This document shows, one piece after another, positions 51,109 to 64,000 of a DNA stretch of 64,000 bases. Position 1 is the first letter of the stretch. Each line of letters starts with the position of its first letter. A program made the translations under genes and the position numbers. Source of the DNA: Lytechinus pictus (lineage: Eukaryota); NCBI RefSeq assembly GCF_037042905.1, contig NC_087251.1, positions 43,526,001 to 43,590,000 on the forward strand, read 5' to 3'. Below the pieces are notes generated by a model that was not told where the DNA came from, ran no database searches, and saw only the letters and a program-made list of their open reading frames with translations.

Positions 51109-54100
51109 ATCTGGAGTTTTCCTCTTTCTATACGATATTCCTACTGAGATAATATTCTTATTTTTCTCGAAGCTCATGCATGGTGCCTTGCGTCCACGCC
51201 TCCCTTCAGCTATCTTTGGTGCCAATTATTTGTACCGATTCTTCTTCGAAGACACCAGCATCAATTAGCTGATCCTTGATGTCCATTTAGGAATAATACA
51301 ACTTTCCACAAAGACAGCCTCGAGTAGTCTAGAGTAGCATATATACCTTCAAGCTTTCTACATCCATGCTTCAAGCTTGAGGACTTCGTTGTTCGTCTTG
51401 CGATGAGAGACATCGCTGAACAAAGCGCTCTAGGAGTTTTACTTGCCTCTACTAGAAAAGGGCATCAATATCATTAGTTCTGATTGATTGCTGGTTCATC
51501 TTGAAGAGTTTAGAACTTTACAAACCAATCAATATTTTGTCCAACTCCAGCATGTCGAGTGGCCAGCTGCTCAGGCAGACACTCTTGATGAGTAGAGTTG
51601 AACTGTTGCCGTTAGGCCTCTGAATATTGGTCCTCATTCGACAGCTCATCGTGATCTTGCTTCCAATTTACTGTGGAACTCCCTCAAGACCATGGCGTAG
51701 ATACACCCAGTTCATTTATGGACCTTTCTCTCTAGGTGCTGACTTGAATGAAGTTTGAGTTATGCCTTCGCAGGTCGGTTATCAGTTTAGCAGTCTGCAT
51801 TGGACATGACACGTGGGTATACTGCGTCCAAATTAAGATCAGATGCCAATGTTTGAAGTGTTGCTAGTTCTTAGGCATGTTAGGCCTAATCGTCTGGAAG
51901 CATGCCTTCTGCTTGGAGAGAGTGTTTGGTGATGTCCAACGCTACTTCTGAGCAGTGTTCAAGAAGTAGTCTTACATTTGCCGATCCATGTCCAGGACCC
52001 CTGATCAGACAAAAGTCTTAACCTTCTCTTGAATTAGAATCATCTATGGTGACCTCCTCGATGTTGCCAATAAGGTTTCGAAGCTGTGGCAACATCTGCC
52101 ATTAAACTAGGGGCATGATAAGTATGGCATACCGGTTGTTTCGCCGTGGCAAGGGAAGGGAATTGTACGGCAGAATGCCGAACTTGAAGATTTTGGGGTA
52201 TGCGGGTCATAGAGTTCCTTATCATGGATCTCACACCGGAGACCCTGTGGTCATCCTTCCCTTTTCCAGACCACTCTTGCGCCTTGCTCTGTTTGAGAAC
52301 CTTGCTCTGTAACAGCTTCACTGTTGACGCTAAGTCAATGTCAAGTCTGGTAAGTTCTCTTGCCACATATACAAGAGCACTATACGTCTTTGTGAGCAGA
52401 TGCTTTTGTCTGAACCCCGCCATGTACGTACATTCCAACACGCTTTCTTCAGTGCTGCTGTTATTTTCCTTTCCCTTTCTTATTTCTTGCCGGTTTGTGA
52501 GATGCCCATAGGCCACGGTTAGCCAACTAGGTGATGGCGAGACAAGCTTTTGGTAATCACCTTTTCTTGTTCCTTCTTCATATGTAGAAAACACTTCTCC
52601 ATTCCTGGAGATGATTGCTTGCCATTTGCGGTGCTGCCGAATGTGGCTGTTGCCAAGGGTCATCAACGAGGGACCCATACCTCTGAGTCGTCTACGTGCA
52701 GATTCGAGGGTACGACACCACTACCTCGATCGTTCCACCACTTTATCCATCAATCGCTAATGGGATTGTTCCCGCCTAGCTGCGTTGAATCTGTTTAAAT
52801 TGAAGGTCATAATGTGGAATCAAACCTCAATCCTCAAGACAGGGGACAATCCAAAATCGCACAGTGAACCGTGGCAATGAAAATGACCATAGGATTCTCG
52901 CTTAGGTCTCACCAAAATCTACCTTGTTTGGGAATATAGAAGAAAACGAAAGTCAGAACTCCAGGCCTGCACCCGTACTGCAGCACGGGGATTCGCCTTC
53001 CCTATCGATATTAAGAAGCTTTGTGCATGTACCCTGCGTCAACAATTGTGTTTTGACCATTCCAGGGGCTTGCGCCTTTACAAATCCTACCTTTGCATCG
53101 GGTACATGGCAAAAACTTTTGCTGGCAAGGAGCTAATCGAAGGAGAAAAAGTAGGAAAAGAGGCCAGGGTGAGAAGATAGACAGCAAGGGAGGTAGAGGG
53201 AGCTTATCTCCTCACTCTGGTAAAGAACCAGCCCATCACCATTATATTTCAAAAGTGGGGTTCTTCTCATTGATATTAGTGGTTTTAGAAATAGAGAGAA
53301 TATACATTGACAGAAAATCAGAGATTGAAATCTATCATGACTATAGTTTCTTTAGACCATAGAGTGACGGTGTTTTCCAAGTCGAAGAGGAAATCCTTGC
53401 AAACTATCTACGACGCCATCCAGCAGGCTTTTCTCGGGGTTCTCTTTACGGTAGTTTTTTATTGTAATTAAAGTGTTGTGTTAACTTTTTACTTTAGTGA
53501 AATGAAATGAATTGTCTCGTCTCCGAGATAATGCCACATCATCCAATCGCCACTATGAACCACAAAGTGTCTTGATAATCGCGTTTGATTTAAACCACCA
53601 TCCACTGGGTTTTTTTTTTACCTGGTGGAAAAGAATCGCACAGGCAAATGTAAGTCTAGATGATAGTCCGCGCAAAGATTTCTCTTGTTGGCAGGGAAGA
53701 GGAGTTTTCCGAAAATATTCCTCAATACTTTATTCAAATTTTGTTATCATACCAGTCCCACCTTCTTAATTGATATTTAGTTTACATAATTCAAATAATT
53801 ATGTTTTTAGTGTATCAAAAGTATGCTCTTGAATTAAACACAGACTTGACACTATAGTTAAAAGAACAGTCAGGATTTCCCTCTGTCAGGATCAAACCTG
53901 GGTTTTTGCTTACCTAAAGATTTTGTCACCAATCACCCCAAATCACATAAACAACCTCACATACCCCAAGCATCCTTTTTTAAAGTGAAGAGAGCTATGA
54001 TGTAGTCAAAGTACACATAAGTAACTGCACTGCACAATAATCATTCCGGTTTGAAGTTGTTTATTACAACTATATCATTTCGCTCCAAATGCGATTCATT

Positions 54101-57100
54101 TCCATGGAAATTTCAACAATGAATATAACATAAGTTCACATATAAATGATATTGACTTTCAAAAGATCTTTTAAAAAAATTAAGTTTGATTTTATCAATT
54201 TAGAATTTCAGATTTGGAATAAAAAAAATATTAGTAATGGATGGGAAAAATAATAATTTGTCCGGACAATATTACGGTTTTATTAAATTAAAGAACTTCC
54301 CTGATCAATCATGGATGCAGTCCATAAGATGTCGATGAAAAAATGGTGACAAGTTGACTGAAGTAGCGGTTATCCGATGACCTTGAATACCGATGACGTA
54401 GAATGACGTATGTCGAGGGTTATCGGAGATCCACGAAGTCTGTCGAAGAATGGCGTCACCGAAGTCTAGGCGCTTTCGACCTGTCGCATGACGTCGAGAA
54501 GAAACTAAGCAGAACTCAGGGTTGAATACTCAGGATATGACATCTTTTTTCAGGGCTGACGAAAACTGAAGGCTTGTAAGGATGTAGCCCCAGAATAAAA
54601 TGACTGTCCATGGGTAACAGCTCCCTGACCAAAGGACCCACCATTGTGGGTAGGAAAAACTCCAAAATCAATTGAAACTGAGAGTCATATCTTCCTTGCT
54701 CCTCAGAACACAACCTCTCTCAAAGAGTAACAAAAATGAAAGTGATCCTACTCTCTGTGCACAGCAATTAGGTGCACTGTACAATCAATGGACCTTGGGC
54801 GGGTCTTGGAATGCTAAGTGTTTATTCCACCTGTTACTAGAACCTGGAACCTACAACAAAAGAACCTGCAAGAGCTGAATACATTATAGCCCTTCCTATT
54901 TAAAGTAATTAAATACATAGATTTTTTTATACAACTCAATCAATAATACTGCCATCACAAGGCCAAAAATGAGTAATTTATCAATACCTTTTAAATTTAG
55001 ATTATTTTCTTCATTTAAACACGACTTTCAAAATTACACCATTAATCAATTTTTTCCGGTTAACATTTTTTATGTTAAATAAACAAATTTTAGAATTTGG
55101 CTTTAGTGCAAAAATAAAAAGAATTGCTTGTGACACCTTCACTTTGTTTGATTGAGATTTAGTTTCCATTTTACTTGTTTTAATATTCTGTGAATATAGT
55201 GAACTTGCAGGTGACGAGGTTCCTGATGCTTGGAAGGGAGGTCTCAACATCACATACAGATTCGGACCAGGTTTCACTAATCCCAACAGGTGAGAAAGTA
55301 TTTGCACAGATATTATTTTTTTAACAAGTGCCCACCAAGTTACCGATAATGCCTATAGCATTTCAATTTATTTGAAAGCAGGATAAAAGAGCATTGCATA
55401 TCAAATGCCTTGCTCACAGGTGCGCGGCCGGGGATCGAACCCCGGACTTTTTATGTATAGCCAGGCGCCTTATTAGACCACTCGGCCACGGCACCTCCAC
55501 ATTGATTGATGTCGATTTCACCTCATGATAAAACAATTCAAATTGAAACAGCACAAAATAAATAGGTTCAAACAATAAACTAAAAACTAATTGAATTAAT
55601 TGCCGATGAATGAAGGTAAAGTTATTACAGCAAGAGAAAACTTTGAAACCACATTGCTTCAGAAAGCTTGAAGAGGGGTCATTCCAGTACGCCATAATGG
55701 CGATAGCAGATTGTGTACAAGACAACGCACGGGACGGTTCTGTTATTTTATATTTGCGGTGATTATTTTAATCAGTTGGAAGATGAATTATGATATTGAT
55801 TACATATCACAAATTAACAAGAGGTGAAGGAATCGAATAGTGGATAAAGAGATAAGATGAAACTCATCAAAATGTCGGCATCTGAGTATTAACCAACAAA
55901 AGTAACACCGCTGGAAATTCTTTTCGTCACATTCACTCACAGTCAATCTCCCCATTCTTACTTTTGATGGCAGAAGAAAATGACTATTATGAGATCTAAA
56001 TAAACTTTTTGTACACTTCAATCGTATTTAATTGAAATACAGAAAGGTGAAAATGAGCATACATACTTCAAGAGAGTTTCGAACCATCTACAACGTAATT
56101 GGTGTCATCAACGGATCAGTTGAACCAGGTAACTGATATTCAAATTATTATAGTTGTATGTGATATTTCAGATTTAATTTCAAAACTGAATACTTCTTAG
56201 ATTATATAGATATTTGAACGTTATTTGATCGTAACAAGCGCGGTAATTGAATATGTTTTCAATTTTACCCGATATTATTTTATTCTTTCGGATTTTCATT
56301 ATTCAGATCGATACGTGTTGCTTGGCAACCACCGTGATGCTTGGGTTTACGGTGCAGTCGATCCATCCAGTGGTACAGCCATTCTCATGGAGACAACAAG
56401 GGTCTACTACCAGATGCTAAGTCGAGGTAGGTATAATAGTGATTCATAACATCCCAAGTCATAAGTTATTGAATACAAAATAGAAATTAATTTGTCATGG
56501 AAACAAAACGTTACAGTACACTCTTAACTATCAGATGGAATGAGGCGAAACGTGAGGTATGAGGCAAAATTGCTAAAACGTCGAGAGCGAGGGATTTTGT
56601 GTTAGATTTTGAAAAATATTTAGAGAAAATGTAAGCATTTTTACCCAATTCCTTTCTATTACTCATCTCGTTATTTTTATTTTTTTTGGATCTTGGTCGT
56701 TCCAGATTCCAAGTGCAATATTGTGAGTGATACAAGAAAATATGTTATGTCTTTCCTCTTCTTTTGACTTTTAATTTTGGTTTGTTCAGGTTGGCGGCCA
56801 CGAAGATCTGTGATGTTTTGTAGTTGGGGAGCTGAGGAGTATGGTCTGATAGGATCTACCGAGTTCGTAGAGGTATGGGTTAAAAACCTGGGGAGTGTTT
56901 CGTCAACATTATTTTGGTCGTCTGAAATATTGTCAGATCTGACAACTCTCCCTCATTTTGATTGGCAGAAAAGCGCTGTTTCTATGGTAACTGTCGGATA
57001 TAACGTCCGACAAGTCATTTCATAAAATAATAAATAAAATATTACATGATTTGTATAGCGGACGTATCCACCTTGCTAGGTGCTCGAGGAGTTCCTATAT

Positions 57101-58593
57101 TACCCCGGCTAAGCTAGTCTACTGATTCCGGTGCGCACAGCTTTTTGAGGAAATACTTCCTGCCGGTACCCATTTACCTCACCTGGGTTGAGTGCAGCAC
57201 AATGTGGGTAAATTTCTTGCTGAAGGAAAACACGCCTTGGCTTGGAATCGAACCCACGTCCTTCAGATTGAAAGACGAGAGTCTTAACCACTATATCACG
57301 ACGCTCCCCATGATTACTAGATTTCATTACCTATCTTGAGCTTTAAAACATCTTAATTTGTTCATCATGATATGATTCTATTTCAATCTTTCTATATGCA
57401 ACACATACATAGATCATTGACAGGTGATTGGATGGATGCGCGTAACATGACATTCAGAGGAATCAGCTATAGCACACCGACACTTGACACCGGAGCAATA
57501 GTCGAGTAGTATTGTTTGCTGGAGCAAGGGAGCTGGCAGTGCATTGGGTCGCCAACCTGGTCGCAAACTCATCGTGCGTACCATAATCATGATAATGGTC
57601 TGCGCCTCCATGCTCGTACGTACCCGCATCACTGCGCTGCATACATCACGCGCAGGTATACAGTTTAGCAATATAAGATTCTCAAGAAAGGCCCGAGCTA
57701 GTCATATTCTCCCTTTCCTCTATTTTGGTTATTTTGTCTACATGGACTATGCCCTTTAATGAACCCCCTTTGAATTTTTCGCGAACTAGAAAAAAAGGAG
57801 AAAGGAAAAGAAAAAGAATGGAAAGGGATGAAATATATTATTTTCTGGAAAACATGTTAAATCTATCACAATTTTTTTTTTTCAATTAATTTTCTTTTTG
57901 CTCGTTCGCTTCGCTTTGCAGATTTTAAATAAAATTTTGCCCGATACGCCATGCCATACCCCCATCAAAGGTTTTGGCTCATTATGCTTCTGGTCTCATG
58001 ATTATGATATCTGTGTTTCACATTGACATTCAGGAATACCAAAAAATACTTGGCGAGAGAGCTGTGGCTTATATCAACATAGACAGTGCTGTGGTCGGAA
58101 ACTACACATTTGGGGCAAGGGCAACGCCTCTTTTGCAGCAAGCTGTTTGGGACGCAGCCAAACGGGTAAGTCCTGCATTTCACCCATAGAAAACAAAAGT
58201 GGTTTTGCGTAATTTTATTGAAAAAACGTTGACTTCCGAAAAAAAAAGTTTGATGTCTGATTAGATGTGGGCTGTATAATGTAAACTTGAAATTACAATA
58301 CCAACAAGGTTTTTCGTTGTCACTGACTTCATATCAATACGCCCAAGCCTCCTTCATTGGTTTCAAATGCCCTGATCTCTCCCCCGGCCCCCTCATCCAC
58401 TTCATCCCATCTTTAGATTTAGATTTAGATTGAGATTTTATTTCCGTTCAACATTTTTTTTCAAAATATAATCAAAGTAACAATACATATTCAATATAAT
58501 CGATAATACAGACAAATCAATGAAATTTCGTAACAAATCTCCTCCCTATCTATCTACTCCCTCTCTATCTATCCCATACACTCTCTCTGTCTT

Positions 58594-58633
<40 letters not shown>

Positions 58634-61600
58634 GGTCCCTGATGGTGAGACTCAAGAGCGGTCAGCCTATGATGTCTGGTTGGAACGCGTTCCCGATCCT
58701 AGGACCGGAAAACCTTTGTAAATATTCATCTGAATTACCCTTTTTGCACTTGGAAGACACGAGAGATTGAAAAGCACCTCTAATCTTGCTTATGATAATG
58801 CCTTTCCTAAGAATAGGCCTAAAAAACACAATTGTATGATTAAAAAAAAAACATGCAAACGGATACCACTGTCTCCACCTCGCACTAGTCTGATGTGCAA
58901 ACCCTTCACTCGACTTAAGGGTCTGAATATGCAGCATAAAATGCCTGTAAACTAAATGCCCTCTCGCTCCAGTCTTATATGTGTTAGTCTTTACGCGGAG
59001 ACCCACTGGTTGATCAAAGTTTCAATCAGGGTCTGTGCCTGCAGACTAACCTCGAACCCTGTCCAAAGGAGAGATATTACTTTATTTAGCGATGTAAAAT
59101 GTGGCGTGTGTGCTTTTGTGGTGGTAGGTGTATTCTGCCCTTTCAGACTCTTTGGGCCTGTTGCATCAAACTTTTGCCATTAAAAAAAAAAACATCTGGC
59201 AAATAAAACCAAAAGTCTGGCAAACAAAATCATGCCATTGAAACTTAACACATCGAAAACTCTGGCAAAAAATGCCAGGGTTTTTCTTTTAGGCATCAGG
59301 CCATTAACTGCCAATTCTGTTATTTTTAACATTTTTTTCTCATGATCCTCTTTATTTGGGGTAAAAATTGATACCTCTACAGCACAGCAGTGATCGGATC
59401 GGGAAGTGATTACGCCCCGTTCATGCACAGGATCGGAGTCCCATCAACTGATCTTCTGTATGTCTACGACTTCATAGTAAGACCTTTCATTTGATAGTTC
59501 ATTTACTTCAAATTTTGAATAGAAAGACCTTCAATTGAAAATGCCTTCCTTTATTCATTCCATCTTATAATGATGAGACCTGCATAAAATAAACCTTTTT
59601 TCACAAAATATTAAGGAATTAAAGGCATTTAAGACTCACTCAATACTTATGTTTGAACATAGTTAGTTCTAGGGAGAAAAGAACGAGTTGTAATATCAGG
59701 GATAATTCCCATCTCCCTGGTAACCTAGTAGAACATGTGAAAGGAAATATGGTCGGTCGGTTACAATTACTGTTATTATTTTTAGACTCTTCTATGTTAC
59801 CATTGTCTTAATGATAAAAGAACTCCTTTATGCATTGATAATTTTCACTAATGTGTAAAACAGTTTTTAAAATATATCATATTCAAAAGTATTAAAAAGA
59901 ATTTCAATACCGAAGTTCTTGAAATGCCATTAATAGATTTAAGGATAGACTCGAGTGAAAAAGAAACTGTTTGAAGGTTTTTTTTATCCCTGCAGTCCGT
60001 GACTTATAATCATAAATTGTATATTTCCCCCTACTAACATTACTGAGGAGTGAATTGGTCGTACTTTCTCACGTCATGAATTATGCCATTTATCAGTTTT
60101 TTAATTATTAGATTACGTTACAAAAAGAGTATTGAGATATTCTTTTCTTCTCGTTTCAGAGACTAGGACTATCATCTTATCCCGTGTATCATTCTGTGTA
60201 TGAAAACTTTTACTACGTGAAGAACTTCTTGGATTGGAACTTTTGGCGCCATCAGACTGTTGCGAGAGTTTATATTGAACTCTCGCGAGATCTCGCAGAT
60301 TCCGTTATTCTTCCGCTCGGGATTGTGGATTATGCCGCCAATCTTCGTCTGGCCTCCCTCGGCTTCGAAAGGAACTTTGGAACACTTTTGAGCCAAAATG
60401 GCGTCGTTTTGGGTACAATGTTTTCTATTTCAGCTGCACTATGAAACATTACTTTTTGATGATGTTTCTTTATTTTGATATTGCATTGAGATTCTGACAT
60501 TGCAGCATCCAATATTCTTAACTTTATTCTAGATATGAATATAACTTTTAACTTACAAAAATTGTGCACAAACAAAAGAAGATCATAAAATAAGAACATT
60601 ACGTCCTAAGATTCACGAGGACCTAAGATTCATCTTGGAGTTTTCTAAATTGATTTTTTTTGGGGTTCATATGAAAAAAAAGCAAATGCTCAAAAATTCG
60701 TGAAATTTTTCAAATGAAGCATAGATGGAAGAAATGGGGTCAGACTTATGAAAATTTTAATTGTTTCATGGTATTTCCCAAAAGACTAGTAAATCGTATT
60801 AAAAGTTCTTAAATAGTCTTGAACTTACTTGTTAATGCCATTATTTTTGTAATTATTTATTATAATACATTGTTCTTTGTATACCAACAGCCGGAATATG
60901 ATTTTTATGCCAATGCAATTTTATTTTATTTGAGCATGACAATAAATTTTGAATATCTGAATATCTGACTATTTACAGTTAAGATTCTATAGATTTTAAT
61001 TCATCCACAAAATGGTCAATTCAATTGAATACGAATAAGTATTATTTGACTATTTGCCGTTATGAATTGAGAGACAGAGAGTACCTATTCAGATGAAAAC
61101 ATCCTTAAGAAGTTGTCTATAAAATAAAGAATAAAAAGAAATTAAATAAGTTGCTAATGTTGAATAATGGTTAATACTCAGTATTCTTTTTCTTTTTTTT
61201 TGCAGATGATTTGAATTCAGCTCTGAATAATTTCTCCGCATCTGCGCATAATTTTGAAAGGCAACTTACTGATATCGATTTGAACGAGTGAGTAAATAAT
61301 GTTTTTATTACTTTTCATGATCATCACATAATAATTAAGGATAACAAGAATTCAAATAACAGTATAAATCTGTTTAAAATCACGGTCCTGATTATTGTAC
61401 ATCAACGCCATGTTTGAAAAAAGATAAAAAATCAATTTATTAGATAAAATGTGGCTACATCCACTGCATGATATGTTTTTACCCTTTCTCTTTTCTCATT
61501 TTATTGATGTTTGTTCGTTTTTAATGGATGTGAATAAAGTGAATTTTATTTTGATACCTGGATAATTTTAACGATTCCTATCCTATCCTTTCATCCAATA

Positions 61601-63625
61601 AATAACATTAAGAAAGAATAACATTTCTCACAATTGAATATCAAGTATAAAAAAAATCACATTACTTAAGACAGCTATTCAAGGACTTCCTGGCTACATT
61701 AAAATTATATTAAAATTTAATATTCATATATATATTTTTAAGTAAATAGACATAAGTGTCTTCTCTGTAATACTACACCTATTCAAATTTGTAGATGTTG
61801 CCACCCCTTTTAATTTGTTTTCGTTATCATATTTGATAGATAATCAAACCTGCTTTAGCAGCCATCTGTATAGAAGGACCACTTGTCTAGAAAGACCCAA
61901 ATCTTGGATTCCCTTTAACAGAATTTCCAATCGAAACATATAAAAGAGGAATCTGCCCACCAAGACCACTTGCTAACAAAGACCACTATTCCTGTCGCCC
62001 TTTGATGGTCCTTTACCTACAGATTTCACTGTATTCATATGATGACTATCTTTGATTTTCTTTATCAAGTGCCAATTCATTAAGACGTGTTAATGATCAG
62101 ATGATGCAGCTTGAACGGGCTTTTATTGATCCAGCCGGGCTACCGGACAGAAAATGGATAAGGTAAGATATAGAATATCATTGAAAAAAAAAAACATTAA
62201 TTATTTTATTATTTCTCCTCATTCGCGGAGAAGAAAGAGGAAGAAGTATTTAAAATAACAGAGAAAGACCATGATGACTAAAATTGAGTATGGTAGAAAA
62301 TGAAGAGGAAGGAGAGTAATAGGGAGAAGAGAAAGGAGAAGAAACAAGTGAAACGCCTCTAAGGCAGTCTCGGCTGCATTACGCGTTTTGATAAAGCAGC
62401 AGTGCTGACTTTGAAAACAGCTTTTGAATAATTATTCACGCACAAAAAAATATTCATATGATAATAAACTACTGTCCATTGACCCACAATGGCCTTTAAC
62501 CATGATCATGTGACCTAAGACGTGTGCAAAACAATAATTCCTTCTTGATTATCCTTATGTCTATATTTCATGTTATGATGCCAATTCAACAAATAACCCC
62601 TAACATGGCGATAGCACATTGACCTTAAATGACCTTTGACCTTATTCATGTGACCTGAAACGTGCACAGGATATTCAGGATACATCGTTGCTCTTATGTC
62701 GAAGTTTCATGAACTAGATCAATAAATTGTTAAAGTTATGACAAAAATTCACAAATACCCCCAATATTACCAAAGTTCGTTGACCCTAAATGACCTTTGA
62801 CCTTGGTCATGTGACTTGAAACTTGCACAGGATTTTAAGGAATAATTGATTGCTCTTATGTCAAAGTTTCATGAACTAGATTCATAAAATGTCAAAGTTA
62901 TTAACTTATTATGACAATTCCACAAATATCCCCAACATGGTCAAAGTTCATTGACCCTAAGTGACCTCTGACCTTGGTCATGTGGCATGAAACTCTGGCA
63001 GGATGTTTAGTAATAGTTGATTACCCTTATGTCTAAGTGTCATGAACTAGGTCCATACATTTTGTAAGTTATGACATTTCCAAAACTTAACCTTGGTTTA
63101 GATTTCAATGTTGACGACGTCGCCACCACCGCCGAAAAAGCGGCGCCTATAAGTCTCGCTCTGCTATGCAGGACAGACAAAAAGAAAACACACGTATCTA
63201 CTTTAAAAGCAAACTAGTATAACAGAATAACAAAGGTCTTGAACTTTATCCAACACTTTCAAAGCCTTCAAAAAGTACATACTCCAGATACATATTATAA
63301 GTACTGCAGTGTTATTGCATCATCAGTATCATTTTAAAAATTATTGTAATTATTATCATTATTATTGTTTTCGCTTTTCTTCTTCCATTTTCTTATTATT
63401 TTCATTTTCCACTATCAATCACAAAACAGACATATCATCTATGCACCAAGTAGTGTCGATTCCTATGCCGGTACGGAGTTTCCTGCCGTTGTCGATTCTT
63501 TGTATCTCATTGCAGACGACCCCGATCAACAGGCTCGATGGGACAATGTGAAAAAGCAACTCGCCATATTAACATTCACGATCCAATCAGCAGCCAGTAC
63601 ACTCAATGACGTCACACAACTTTAA
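46512..63625 (+). CDS. Gene 3: glutamate carboxypeptidase II / NAALADase-family (M28B) paralog with duplicated exon 5, ~741 aa per isoform
   Basis: Exons: 46512-46729, 47648-47804, 48160-48288, 49257-49385, [49683-49872 OR 49939-50128], 50702-50792, 55200-55289, 56043-56128, 56307-56426, 56790-56872, 58034-58165, 58635-58717, 59383-59476, 60160-60412, 61206-61287, 62070-62162, 63430-63625 (sum 2226 nt with one exon 5). Motifs [44 protein letters not shown] are intact. Confidence 0.92.
46855..47046. mobile_element. MITE in gene 3 intron 1
   Basis: ggtgtttcatgaaactgttcgtaagttacga ... tcgtaacttacaaacagctttatgaaacacc. Confidence 0.7.
48324..48902. mobile_element. Palindromic MITE interrupted by a second MITE (48371-48695)
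   Basis: Outer arms aaaactccggtgttgattaaacacaagcccggaat / attccgggctagtgttaaatcaacaccagagtttt. The inner element is TA-flanked and homologous to 40657-40941. Confidence 0.75.
49683..49872 (+). CDS. Gene 3 exon 5a (candidate mutually exclusive exon)
   Basis: ttag|GTT...AAAC|gtgagt, 190 nt, open frame: [63 protein letters not shown]. Confidence 0.9.
49939..50128 (+). CDS. Gene 3 exon 5b (candidate mutually exclusive exon)
   Basis: ttag|GTT...AAAC|gtgaga, 190 nt, open frame: [63 protein letters not shown]. Confidence 0.85.
51130..52800 (-). mobile_element. Degenerate RTE-type LINE in gene 3 intron 6
   Basis: The minus-strand translation contains endonuclease-like [18 protein letters not shown] and [21 protein letters not shown] is higher than the flanks and the frames are broken. 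Boundaries are approximate. Confidence 0.65.
55405..55499 (-). mobile_element. tRNA-derived SINE head
   Basis: Minus strand ggaggtgccgtggccgagtggtctaa...ggttcgatccc (A and B boxes). Confidence 0.65.
57050..57310 (-). mobile_element. tRNA-derived SINE (second family)
   Basis: Close match to 22105-22354. Confidence 0.8.
58586..58632. repeat. (CT)n tract forming the exon 12 polypyrimidine tract of gene 3 (equivalent tract at 34574-34600 in gene 2)
   Basis: ctctctct...ag|GT in both genes. Confidence 0.85.
62343..63182 (-). mobile_element. Helentron/DINE-1-like element, inverted homolog of 25255-26608
   Basis: aacaagtgaaacgcctct..ggcagtctc and gcggcgcctata.gtctcgctctgctatgcagg are reverse complements of the ends of 25255-26608. 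It has fewer internal tandem units. Confidence 0.75.
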
Positions 63626-64000
63626 CGGAAATGACATCACACAAGAGAGAGGTCAATTACATTGACCCTATGATACTGCTCACTGATTATAAATAAGACT
63701 ACTTCTGTGACTACTATTCAAAGTCATCACTTGTTACATAATTGATTAAAAACCTCTGTCTACAGATGAAGAAAATTGTATTCTTTTCAATTTAATTTCG
63801 TATGAATGAAATATATAAAGCCCAAATGATGAAAATAGAGAGGAAATTCATATTATTGTAAATTCATGATCTCAGATCTGTACAGTGATCATCATGTTTG
63901 GGACTATTCACTACCATTTTAAATACCACCTCGTGTGACCTTGATCATTTATTCTGGGCTGTGGTTTAATCGCTATAACATTTTAGTTAGATTAGAAATA

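Noticed and set aside
52040..52678. 212-aa minus-strand ORF as a nested host gene
   Set aside because: It contains decayed RTE endonuclease motifs and lies within a LINE remnant.
53340..54880. Moderately GC-rich intronic patches in gene 3 intron 6
   Set aside because: I could not recognise a protein motif, termini or exon homology by eye. Probably old repeat debris; a database search is needed.
1085..63625. Assigning a specific symbol (FOLH1, NAALAD2, NAALADL1 or TFRC)
   Set aside because: TFRC is excluded because the zinc ligands are intact. Orthology among the others needs a phylogeny.

Overview
AT-rich, intron-containing eukaryotic DNA. The dense MITE, SINE and Helentron-like repeat landscape suggests a marine invertebrate, probably a sea urchin (inference). 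The window holds a head-to-tail tandem array of three complete, apparently intact 17-exon + strand genes (CDS 1085-23196, 27316-41673, 46512-63625). Each encodes a ~735-740 aa type II membrane M28B metallopeptidase of the glutamate carboxypeptidase II / NAALADase (FOLH1/NAALAD2/NAALADL1) family. All zinc ligands and the catalytic Glu are kept, but substrate-pocket residues (equivalents of the Arg patch, Asn519 and Lys699) differ from human GCPII and between paralogs. The main finding is in gene 3: exon 5 is tandemly duplicated (49683-49872 and 49939-50128, 190 nt each, 66-nt spacer), and frame rules allow only one copy to be spliced in. The two copies differ at the residue matching the S1' pocket Asn257 (Asn vs Thr), so this is a candidate mutually exclusive splicing switch of enzyme specificity. 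Introns and intergenic DNA carry hAT-type elements with 8-bp TSDs (some nested), a Tc1/mariner-type element, a 2.7-kb foldback, Helentron/DINE-like elements, tRNA-derived SINEs, RTE LINE remnants, long palindromes and triplet microsatellites. Exon boundaries and residue alignments were derived by eye; human residue numbers are from recalled GCPII sequence.
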